Assembly (NCBI GenBank): GCA_963674695.2
Contig: CAXXGI010000001.1
Location: forward strand, 512,001-576,000
Reading direction: 5' to 3'
DNA: 64,000 nt
Source: a bacterium
GTDB taxonomy: Bacteria; UBA10199; 2-02-FULL-44-16; JAAZCA01
Of this stretch, positions 1-8,944 are shown in pieces. The notes under the pieces are model-generated. The model made no database searches and was not told the DNA's origin. It worked only from the letters and a program-made list of their open reading frames with translations. The translations under genes and the position numbers were made by a program. The stretch's first letter is position 1. The number at the start of each line of letters is the position of its first letter.

Positions 1-3000
1 CCTGCGTCTCACACACCGGCCAGGCCCCCATCATGGTCGACTGGATCGTGAAGGCCTCCTCGCCGAAACGATGCCAAACGACGCGATCGGTAAAGCTGTA
101 GGCAAACACCGTGAAGGTCTGGCCCAGTGCATCGGTGATCGAGAGCAGGTTGTGGTTGAGCATCTCCTTGTCCTCCGAAAACCCGGAGGAATAGGCATAG
201 GTCATCGTTGCCCCGCTGGGAGCAGCGGGGGTTGCCGGCTCGCGCGCCTCGATCAGGTTATGCGAGGCATCATAGGCAAACTGCACGCGGCGACCGCTGA
301 AGTCCTCGACCTCGACGAGGCGCCCATCGGCATAGCGAAACGCGATGGCCCTCCCGAGCGTATCGATGACCCGCGAGAGGCGTTTCTCCGCCCCTTCGCC
401 CTCGTATTCCAGGGCGATGCGATTGCCGAAACGATCCTCGATGGCGGTGCAGAAACCGTCGGCGCCATAGCGGTGGACGAGCCCCTCGCGGTCGCGGATG
501 ACAACGCTCCCGTCCGGCTGCACCCGCAGGCGGTCGAAGAACCCGAGCGGGGCTTCAAAATAACCGCCCTCATCATGATACGTGTAGGCATCGTAGCGCG
601 CGCGGCCATCGAAACGGATATAGCAGGCGGCATATCCTTCGGGCTTTTCCTCCCACTCCACCCCTGCGCAACAGGCATCGAGCGGATGCTCCTCGCAATA
701 GGCGGCGTCGACCCTGAGCAGACGCTTGTTAAAGCTGTGGTCCCAGTTGTATCCCATGGGTCCGTCGTATTCGATGCGACTGCGATAAGTGCGCACAAAC
801 TCGAAGTCGATTCCGCGCCCGGGCACCTTGAGCGCCCGCTCGACATGCAACACCTCGCCATTGTGCAACATGATGGGGTCGGTGCGATCGACCACGGTGG
901 GGTCACCATTTGCAGCACGATCCTGCGAACTCTTGTCTCCCATATCATCCTGTTTCAATAATCCTCCGGCCGTTTCGGATTTCCCCTCATCCCCTACACC
1001 GAGCGCCTCATCGATATCCTTCTCGACCTGGTCGGACAAATCATATCCGGTATCATCAGCCGGGTTATTTTCGGCCCAGTTCCCATCCTCATTCGCCGTC
1101 GTTGCGGGGGCGTCATCGATGGCCGGTCCATTTCCACCGGAGTCATCCCCTTCCAGATCATCATCACCAGAAAAATCCAGCCCCCCAAGACGCCACCACT
1201 CATTTGAATCGCCATCACCGGTCGCACTCAAGCCTATAGAATCATCACGATTCAATTCGTCCAGCAGTGCTTCGTCATCCTCTTCGCCATCATCGCACTC
1301 ACCCTCTTCACAGCGGCGCTCCTCGGCGCCCATGCCGAAGAGGAAGGGATGCTCCAAGGGATTGGGCTGATCGATCGACAGATCGACGCCGACAAACGAC
1401 GGCAAATTGAAGAGGAAACCGGCGATGATCCCCACAAACGGCGAAACCGACATGCTCGGCCCATCCATGAGGCCACCGCCGCCCAGCGAATCGTTGAAAA
1501 AATCGCCCGCACCACCGATGTCGACCGGACCATCCATCCCCCCGCCGCCCATACCGCCACCGATGGGGCCACCGCCGAGGGAAAACCACCCGAAGACATC
1601 CTGCGCCCCGAAGGGATTGTTGCTCAGAAAACTATAGGGGTTGACGCCCTCGCCCGCAGGATCCGGCGAGATAAAGCGCCCGACCGTCGGGTCGTAATAG
1701 CGTCCGCCAAAGTAGAGAAAGCCGGTTTCATCATCGTAGTGTTTCCCCGCAAAACGATAGGCGTTCTGATCGTCAGCAATCGAGAAAAGGACATTTCCAA
1801 ACGGATCGTAGCGATAGCCGCCGGTCACCTTTCCTCGCTCATCGGTCGTGAGCAACGTGGAGCCGGATTCATTGACGTGATAATAGTCGATGCGCTCGCC
1901 ATCGATGGCGGCAAGACGATAGCCGGAGAAATAGATATAATCCCGTTCAACCTCGCCTGCTGCATTCATCCTCGAGAGCGGATCGAGCGATTCCCCATAG
2001 AGCGCATAGGAGGCAACACCCGAACGAAGCCGCTTTTCCCGGCGCCCGAGGGAATCATAGGCGTACTCGTGAATCGCCTGGACCGCTCCATCCGAATCGA
2101 GCGTCTCCACCTGGATGAGATGCCCCGCATTGTTCCACTGAAAGCGCTGCCCCTGGGTGAGCACACCGTTTCGAAAATGGCGGCGTTGGATAAGCCGACC
2201 GAAGTCGTCATAGTCATAGCGCCAACCCTCACCATCGCTATATTCCGCCCGAAGCAGAAAACCCGTCTGTGGATCATAGGTATACGAGAGCGTCTTGAAC
2301 GCATCGCTGGAGCTGATGCGATTTCCATCCGCATCGTAGGCATAGCGCTGCACTGCATGCGGCTCCGATTCGTTCGCCTTGTAATAGGCCGCTTTCGTCA
2401 GCCGGTCAGCATCATCATAGGCATAGGTCACCCGGGAGCTGTCATGATAGATCGCCTCGATGCGCCGCCCGCGTTGATCGTAGGTGAGTTCCTCATGATA
2501 GTATTCCTCGGCACCCTTTTGGGTGAACACCTCCACCAAGAGATCGCCCACATAGCGATAGATCGTCGCCGTACCATTTCCGTAATCGATGCGCTCCACG
2601 CGCCCACGATCGTCATAGGAAAGAGAGGCAACGATAGGGCCATCGATACGCATGAGTCGTATCTCAGAGACACGCCCCTGGGCATCGGTCATATAATAGA
2701 CTGATCGCCCATCGGCATAAGTGAGTCGATAGGGCTTTCCATTCACATCCTGCACCATGCCGATGCGATAGGTCGTGTCCAACTCATCGATCGTACGCTC
2801 GAAGAAAGCGAGCGAACCGGATGGGGTATAGGTGAAATCCGTCTGCCCAAGGGGATCGTCGATGTTCGTCAGACGCCCCTTTCCGTTTCGCGCGTCCTCT
2901 TCGGCATCATACGCATAGGTCACATCATAGGGAACGCCGCTGCCGCCGAGCGCCACCGCAGCGACATCGTTCCAGACCTGATGATAGTTGAACGACTGGC

Positions 3001-6000
3001 GCTGGTCGGTACCATCGAAGACGATGGCCGCAGCTCGGCCGTTCGGAGCCCACTGTTCGACCTGCATCGAAACACCGGTGGAGAGCGAGGCCGAGACCGT
3101 ACGCGAAAGCCCATCGACAACCCAGGTGGAAGCACGCCCTGCCGGCGTCTTCTTTTTGATGCGTCGACCGAGGGCATCATAGGAATAGTCGACGGCCAGA
3201 GGGCCACTGGGAAGCATGCGCTCATCGCGCAGGAGTTTTCCTGCGATATTGAAATAACGATTGCGAAGGTTTACTGCGCCCACATGGGCTGCCTGGCGCA
3301 AGGATGTCGTTTGGGCCCCCTCGGAACCAATATTGACCGCATCATAGGTGAACTGCACCGTCCCGGTATCGGAGCGGGTGATAGCCGAGAGGCGATCATG
3401 AACGTCATAATGATATACTGCGCTGGCTTCGCCCTCTTTAACCCTCTGGATCTTACCTCGATCGTTGTAAGTATATTGGCGATCGACACCGTCGCCGATC
3501 TCGCGAACGATCCTCCCGAAACCATCGAGATGCCGTTGTGTTTCGGTTGTCTGCGCCCGCACCTGGTCAAATCGCGTAACGACGACTTCGGGCTGCAAAA
3601 TTGTCTGCAAACCGGTGTCGTCCTTGCGCGTCATGGAATAGGCATATTCGCGGAAGGATCCGTTCGTCCCATACAGCACACGATGCAAGCGTCCAGCACC
3701 ATCATAATGATAGGACTTCCACGCCCCGTTCGGGTTCTCCTCGCGCCTGAGATGCCCAGAATCATCATATTCGAACAACCAGGACGCCTCGGCGACCGTG
3801 TTCTCTGTCGGAAACAGTCGCTTCTCATCATAGCCGAAAAGAATCGACTCCTGATCGTGCACCCCGCTTCCATCTTCATATGAACGTCTTTTTTCGGTGA
3901 CGTTTCCCTGTGCGTCGTAGCAAAAGGCCGTAACCATGGCATCGCCGCCATCAGATGTACGCACACGAGCGAGCACCGTATTCGAAAGCAGATTGCCACA
4001 GGCATCGGCCCCACCCCAGGCATACTCCGTGCGGCGCTGGTGCTGAATGCCGTTAGCATCGGTAAAGAGGTCAATGCGTTCACCAGGCTGCGTGGAATCC
4101 TCAAATGTAATCTGCACTTCCTCTTCCGTCATCGGTGAGCGATAGGTGAACGTGGTCGCTCCCGGATAGGAAAATTGGGTCTGGCTTCCATCGGGTCGTT
4201 TTATGAGGGTTGGGTGTCGTGAAATCGTCGCCTTATCATAGGTCGAATCGAGGATAAAATTCTGATTTTCGTAGCGAATATTCTGCGTTTTTGGCCCGCG
4301 CACGAACCACTGTTTCCCGTCGTTATCTGTGCGTACACCCCAGGCATAGTCGAACGTCGTTTCACGATACGATGCATTCGACTCCTTATATGGTTCGATA
4401 CGAAACTTCGGACTCCCCCCAACACGGCTGGCAATCTTTTTTAAAACCGGCACATCATTCTTCTGTTCGAAGAGATGCGCCCGCTCAACCCCGCTCGTCT
4501 CGAACGTGATGCTCGCCCGATGGATATCTTGCAGATCCTCCCACGCGGGATCAATGACGACCATGCGTTGCTGAAAAACAGTCTCATCGGATGCATTCGG
4601 CCAGGCCGTGACAAAGACGGTCCGACTCGTCCTCTTCTTCTCATTCGGATCACCTGTTTTCTCATACTGCTCATAGCGCAGAACCGCGTTCGTTGGATAC
4701 TGTGCTTCAAAAAAAGCGCGCATTCCTCCCACATCATCCTTGTTGGGGCCATGGCTGAAGGCCAATGGCGTCTGCACGGGAAGTGAAGAGGATTCCACCT
4801 GATAGGAAAAATGCGTACTCTCGTTCGCTCCGTTTGCATGACGAACGATCTTTCCCTGATCGTTGAGAAAATAACGGTTTATCGGACTAGCCGTTCCCTC
4901 CCCTGAAAATGTCGGTCCGTGGACACTCCAGGCGAGCATATTCTTGCTGATCGATACATTCCTCGAAAGCCCCTCGTCAGCAACTCCAAGATGGTCCTGG
5001 ATTTCCAGACTGCGGTTGTCATCGGCATATTCATAGGTCCGTTTGTTGCCGAAGGCATCCTGCGTGGAGACGAGGCGATAGGAATCGATACGAAAGAAGG
5101 GGATGTTCCTGGCGTGAACGATTTTTGTCTCTGTGCTCAGAGGGCTATTTTGCCCTGAGAATGCATCTTGACCATCATATCTCGCATCCATGCCATTCAT
5201 GCATGTCCCAGATCCGGCATAGCATGCATCCAGCCTTCTAACGCCGACCGTAAGAAGATATCCTTCCTTCCCCTCAAACGCATATACATTTCCATCTGAC
5301 GACACATATTCAACGCCATCGACGGCATCATCATGCCACTGAACATTCCGTCGTTCACTACAATCAACCGAATAACCCTGAATATCGGGGTCAGCACACT
5401 CCGCATACGGTTGATCCCCGACGGAATCAGACCCATGATAATAACGCATGACGCCATCGCCCTGGGGATGGCCGGAGACGTTCATTCCCTTATGATCGAA
5501 GAGTTCCAGGCGGCCATCGTTGTGAACGAGATAAGCTATGCGTTTCCCCTGGAGCGGTTTTTCGGAATCGTCCTCCTCCTTCGGCGCATAGGGATAGATC
5601 TGCGTCATGATGATGATGCCAGCATATTCCCCCCACCAGAGATACATCCCATCCGATGCACTCGGCTTCCACCGAAGAACATTTTCAGTTGCATTCGTCT
5701 CGTAGGTGAGCACACCCAACGGTGCGAGCGGATCAAGCAGAAGATCGTGTTGAACAGGTTCGGCATCATAGGCCGGAACGTAGTCCTGCGTCGACTGAAT
5801 CGACTCACTGACGGCATGTGCGGCATGGCCATCGAAGGCAATGCGATAGCTATTTTCATGTTCAACACCCAGCGTGCTCAGCTCAACCGTTTCGGTCGCA
5901 TAGGTGTGACCAATGGCAAGATCTCTTGAGAGTCGTCCTGGTATCTGAATATCAGTTTTCGAAATAACGAGACCACCCGAATACATATCGATGCGTTCGC

Positions 6001-6193
6001 CGTTGGAGAGCACATCGAATGGTTCTTCGAGAAAAGATTCGGTGCTGCCAAAACCAAAGAGGGGGATATCGACGAAGGGATCGGATGATGCATGAGCAAA
6101 CCACGCGCAGGTCATGGCGATCAGGAGCACAGTGAAATGAAGTCCCGCTTTGCGAATGATGGTTTGCGCGATATGTCGAAAACCAGGGAACAT
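1..6193 (-). CDS. Giant secreted Rhs/YD-repeat protein with two tandem Rhs units (3'-truncated by window edge)
   Basis: Not in the ORF track because there is no stop inside the window. My hand translation from ATG 6193 is open to base 1. It shows a signal peptide (MFPGFRH...LLIAMTCAWFAHA), YD repeats, the Rhs core RYYDPTVGRFISPDP...NPYSFLSNNPFGAQDVFGW at ~1586-1705, then a second DUF6531-like start DPIMLHNGE...PGRGIDFEFVRTYRS...GPMGYNWDHSF at ~880 and more YD repeats. Confidence 0.9.
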   Translation of the reverse strand, partial: MFPGFRHIAQTIIRKAGLHFTVLLIAMTCAWFAHASSDPFVDIPLFGFGSTESFLEEPFDVLSNGERIDMYSGGLVISKTDIQIPGRLSRDLAIGHTYATETVELSTLGVEHENSYRIAFDGHAAHAVSESIQSTQDYVPAYDAEPVQHDLLLDPLAPLGVLTYETNATENVLRWKPSASDGMYLWWGEYAGIIIMTQIYPYAPKEEDDSEKPLQGKRIAYLVHNDGRLELFDHKGMNVSGHPQGDGVMRYYHGSDSVGDQPYAECADPDIQGYSVDCSERRNVQWHDDAVDGVEYVSSDGNVYAFEGKEGYLLTVGVRRLDACYAGSGTCMNGMDARYDGQDAFSGQNSPLSTETKIVHARNIPFFRIDSYRLVSTQDAFGNKRTYEYADDNRSLEIQDHLGVADEGLSRNVSISKNMLAWSVHGPTFSGEGTASPINRYFLNDQGKIVRHANGANESTHFSYQVESSSLPVQTPLAFSHGPNKDDVGGMRAFFEAQYPTNAVLRYEQYEKTGDPNEKKRTSRTVFVTAWPNASDETVFQQRMVVIDPAWEDLQDIHRASITFETSGVERAHLFEQKNDVPVLKKIASRVGGSPKFRIEPYKESNASYRETTFDYAWGVRTDNDGKQWFVRGPKTQNIRYENQNFILDSTYDKATISRHPTLIKRPDGSQTQFSYPGATTFTYRSPMTEEEVQITFEDSTQPGERIDLFTDANGIQHQRRTEYAWGGADACGNLLSNTVLARVRTSDGGDAMVTAFCYDAQGNVTEKRRSYEDGSGVHDQESILFGYDEKRLFPTENTVAEASWLFEYDDSGHLRREENPNGAWKSYHYDGAGRLHRVLYGTNGSFREYAYSMTRKDDTGLQTILQPEVVVTRFDQVRAQTTETQRHLDGFGRIVREIGDGVDRQYTYNDRGKIQRVKEGEASAVYHYDVHDRLSAITRSDTGTVQFTYDAVNIGSEGAQTTSLRQAAHVGAVNLRNRYFNIAGKLLRDERMLPSGPLAVDYSYDALGRRIKKKTPAGRASTWVVDGLSRTVSASLSTGVSMQVEQWAPNGRAAAIVFDGTDQRQSFNYHQVWNDVAAVALGGSGVPYDVTYAYDAEEDARNGKGRLTNIDDPLGQTDFTYTPSGSLAFFERTIDELDTTYRIGMVQDVNGKPYRLTYADGRSVYYMTDAQGRVSEIRLMRIDGPIVASLSYDDRGRVERIDYGNGTATIYRYVGDLLVEVFTQKGAEEYYHEELTYDQRGRRIEAIYHDSSRVTYAYDDADRLTKAAYYKANESEPHAVQRYAYDADGNRISSSDAFKTLSYTYDPQTGFLLRAEYSDGEGWRYDYDDFGRLIQRRHFRNGVLTQGQRFQWNNAGHLIQVETLDSDGAVQAIHEYAYDSLGRREKRLRSGVASYALYGESLDPLSRMNAAGEVERDYIYFSGYRLAAIDGERIDYYHVNESGSTLLTTDERGKVTGGYRYDPFGNVLFSIADDQNAYRFAGKHYDDETGFLYFGGRYYDPTVGRFISPDPAGEGVNPYSFLSNNPFGAQDVFGWFSLGGGPIGGGMGGGGMDGPVDIGGAGDFFNDSLGGGGLMDGPSMSVSPFVGIIAGFLFNLPSFVGVDLSIDQPNPLEHPFLFGMGAEERRCEEGECDDGEEDDEALLDELNRDDSIGLSATGDGDSNEWWRLGGLDFSGDDDLEGDDSGGNGPAIDDAPATTANEDGNWAENNPADDTGYDLSDQVEKDIDEALGVGDEGKSETAGGLLKQDDMGDKSSQDRAANGDPTVVDRTDPIMLHNGEVLHVERALKVPGRGIDFEFVRTYRSRIEYDGPMGYNWDHSFNKRLLRVDAAYCEEHPLDACCAGVEWEEKPEGYAACYIRFDGRARYDAYTYHDEGGYFEAPLGFFDRLRVQPDGSVVIRDREGLVHRYGADGFCTAIEDRFGNRIALEYEGEGAEKRLSRVIDTLGRAIAFRYADGRLVEVEDFSGRRVQFAYDASHNLIEAREPATPAAPSGATMTYAYSSGFSEDKEMLNHNLLSITDALGQTFTVFAYSFTDRVVWHRFGEEAFTIQSTMMGAWPVCETQ

Positions 6194-6271
6194 GAGCACC
6201 CTATCGATTACCTCTGGTCATATCGCATATGACAGAAGTGTAAATGTGACAGATGTCTCTTCAACCCATAT

Positions 6272-6299
6272 TTATCGGCATGTTACACAGAATGTTGCG
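6272..6299 (-). promoter_or_regulatory. Sigma-28 (FliA)-like promoter
   Basis: CGCAAC-N14-GCCGATAA on the minus strand ~80 bp upstream of the Rhs ATG; GCCGATAA is the canonical sigma-28 -10 element. Confidence 0.6.
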
Positions 6300-6442
6300 T
6301 GAGAAACGCCGGATAAGTGTCATTTTGTTCATTTTCTCTATTCGTTGCTCATTTCAAATGACATCAGGGCCATTCTTGAGAATCACTGACGGTGAATTGG
6401 ATAAAAATCCATCCATCATCCCTCTACTGAAGAGGCCCTCAA

Positions 6443-6940
6443 TCATTCAGAGCTCATGAGGTTGAACCGATAGACGACCATGTCGATGGTGGGGGTGATG
6501 TAACCCTGCACACCGCCGACCTTCGTGAAGCCCATGTGTTCATAGAAGCTGCGCGCTTGGGCGAAGGTGTCGTCGGAGTAGGTCTCGACGAAGAGGGCGC
6601 GGTAACCGTTTGTGCGCGCATCGTCGATGGTGTGCTGTATGAGGCGTCGACCGATTCCGGCGCCGTGTAGCGATGGGGCGACGGCAAACCAGCCCAGCCA
6701 GGTGACGTCGGGCGGACCCCAGCTATAGGTGTGCAAGCCCGTCATCCCGATGACGGCGTCGCCCTTGCGACCGACGAAATAGCGATGGCCGTCGTCCTTT
6801 CCGTTGCGCGCGCAGAAGAAGTGAAAGTCGATCGTCTCCTTTGCCCATCGCGCTTCATCCTCGTTCATGGCGTTGGCGATGAGCGACACGGCCGCATCGG
6901 TGTCGCCCTCCGTCATCGGGCTGATCTGCATCTCGTTCAC
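6443..6940 (-). CDS. GNAT-family N-acetyltransferase
   Basis: WFAVAPSLHGAGIGRRLI acetyl-CoA motif, ARSFYEHMGF, GGAGG RBS. Confidence 0.9.
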   Translation of the reverse strand: MNEMQISPMTEGDTDAAVSLIANAMNEDEARWAKETIDFHFFCARNGKDDGHRYFVGRKGDAVIGMTGLHTYSWGPPDVTWLGWFAVAPSLHGAGIGRRLIQHTIDDARTNGYRALFVETYSDDTFAQARSFYEHMGFTKVGGVQGYITPTIDMVVYRFNLMSSE

Positions 6941-7133
6941 ATGGACCTCCTTGTAGTGTGGCCTTCACTGAAGCAATTTCCGTGCCGATGAGAGCCCACC
7001 GCAGCCATTTCATCAATGCGTTCTATTTCAGTGGGTTAGCAGAAAGCATGCGTGACGCATGCGTCGCGCATTCGAGAACGCGAACACACCCCTGTTCGAC
7101 ATCCCGAAATCTGTCCCAATTTCGACACACCCA

Positions 7134-7384
7134 AAAAGTGGTCGATTTACTACCACCACGAAGGCCGTTCGTGGTGGTCGGTTTGCTACCACTGGGAAGG
7201 AGGTTTGGAGTGGTAGGGAAATGACCAGTTTTGGGCAGGGGTGTTGGGAAGTGGTAAAAGGCGACCACTACGAAGGCCGTTTGTGGTGGTCGGGTTTTGC
7301 CAGTTTTGGGCAGGAGTGGCGAAAAGTGGTAAAAAGCGACCACTACGAAGGCCGTTCGTGGTGGTCGGTGTTGACCAGTTTTTG
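7134..7384. repeat. Cluster of ~75-bp hairpin-containing repeats (left)
   Basis: Three copies of GACCACYACGAAGGCCGTTYGTGGTGGTC with conserved flanks; copies at 7262 and 7337 are 75 bp apart. Confidence 0.85.
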
Positions 7385-7519
7385 TAATGGGCGACGAATC
7401 GTTACAAATGCATGATATTGCAGGAAATATCTTCATTTCCCTCGATTTTGGGCAAGAAATATTAACACTTGCACTACAAAGATTTGGACGAATCTTTGTA
7501 GTTGTGTTACAAACATTAC

Positions 7520-8647
7520 ATGATTCCGAGAGCATATGACCACCTCGAAAAGTACCTCAAACCACAGCGGGTGCTCGTGATCTATGGACCGCGACGCGTC
7601 GGCAAGACCACCCTGCTGGGCAGCTTTCTCAAGCAAACATCGCTCAAATACCGCCTGGAATCGGGAGACAACATCCGCGTGCAACAGACGCTCGGTTCGC
7701 AGCGATTCGAAGATATCCTGGAATTTGCCCAAGGCTATGACCTGATCGCCATCGACGAAGCGCAACAGATTCCCAACATCGGTATGGGGCTCAAGATCAT
7801 CGTCGATCAGATCCCCGGCATTCGTGTGATTGCCACCGGGTCGTCTTCATTCGATCTCTCCCACCAGGTCGGCGAGCCGCTCACCGGCAGGAAGCAGACG
7901 CTCGAACTCTATCCCATCGCACAGATGGAACTGGCGAAGACCCACAATCCAAATGAATTGAAGGAACGCCTCGAAACGTATCTCGTCTATGGATCCTACC
8001 CAGAGGTGGTCACCGCTTCTTCACAAAAGCAGCGCCGCACCTATCTCCGAGAGATCGCCGATTCGTATCTTATGAAGGATATCCTCGCGCTGGAGAATAT
8101 CCGCAACCCCCGTTCGCTCTTGGATCTGCTCAAACTGCTCGCATTTCAGGTCGGGCAGGAGGTGTCGGTGCATGAACTGGGCACCCAGGTCGGCTTTAAC
8201 GACAGAACCGTGAAACGCTACCTGGATCTGTTGGAGAAAACGTTCGTTATTGTTCGTTCGGGAGGATTCTCTCGAAACCTGCGGAAAGAAGTGACGAGCA
8301 AGTGCAAATACTACTTCGTCGACAACGGCATTCGCAATGCGGTGATCTCACAGTTCAATTCACTCGATTCGCGCAACGACATCGGCGCGCTGTGGGAAAA
8401 CTTCATCTTCATCGAACGCATCAAAAAGCGCGCCTACAGCGACATCTTCGGCGACGCCTATTTCTGGCGGACCTACGATCAGAAGGAGATCGATATCATC
8501 GAAGAGCGCGACGGGAAGCTCTTCGGCTATGAATGCAAATGGTCGGAGCAAAAGAAACCGGCACCACCAAAGGAATGGACCGACGCCTACCCCAACGCCA
8601 CCTACGACGTCATCACCCCCAAGAACTACCTGTCATTTGTGGGCTGA
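7520..8647 (+). CDS. AAA+ ATPase (AAA_14 + DUF4143 type) with C-terminal PD-(D/E)xK-like motif
   Basis: GPRRVGKTT Walker A, IAIDEAQ Walker B, TGSSS, LTGR, KYYFVDNG, EIDII...YECKW. Confidence 0.92.
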   Translation: MIPRAYDHLEKYLKPQRVLVIYGPRRVGKTTLLGSFLKQTSLKYRLESGDNIRVQQTLGSQRFEDILEFAQGYDLIAIDEAQQIPNIGMGLKIIVDQIPGIRVIATGSSSFDLSHQVGEPLTGRKQTLELYPIAQMELAKTHNPNELKERLETYLVYGSYPEVVTASSQKQRRTYLREIADSYLMKDILALENIRNPRSLLDLLKLLAFQVGQEVSVHELGTQVGFNDRTVKRYLDLLEKTFVIVRSGGFSRNLRKEVTSKCKYYFVDNGIRNAVISQFNSLDSRNDIGALWENFIFIERIKKRAYSDIFGDAYFWRTYDQKEIDIIEERDGKLFGYECKWSEQKKPAPPKEWTDAYPNATYDVITPKNYLSFVG

Positions 8648-8650
8648 AGC

Positions 8651-8936
8651 AAAAGTGGTCGACTTGCTCCCACTTCGAAGGCCATTCGTAATGGGAGCAA
8701 AGTGACCACTACGAAGGCCGTTTGTAGTGGTAGTAAAACGACCACTACGAAGGCCGTTTGTGGTGGTCGGGTTTGACCAGTTTTGTGCGGGGGGTGTTGG
8801 GAAGTGGTAAAAAGCGACCACCACGAAGGCCGTTCGTGGTGGTCGGTGTTGACCAGTTTTTGGCATGGGTGGCGGAAAGTGGTAAAAAGCGACCACCACG
8901 AACGGCCTTCGTGGTGGTCGGTGTTGACCGGTTTTT
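8651..8936. repeat. Cluster of ~75-bp hairpin-containing repeats (right)
   Basis: Five copies of the same hairpin core at ~8664, 8704, 8739, 8815 and 8890, in the same orientation as the left cluster. Confidence 0.85.
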
Positions 8937-8944
8937 GGCGCGGG

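Noticed and set aside
7134-8936. Possible CRISPR array or integron attC sites
   Set aside because: The inter-hairpin sequences resemble each other rather than being unique spacers. There are no RYYYAAC/GTTRRRY ends and no integrase.
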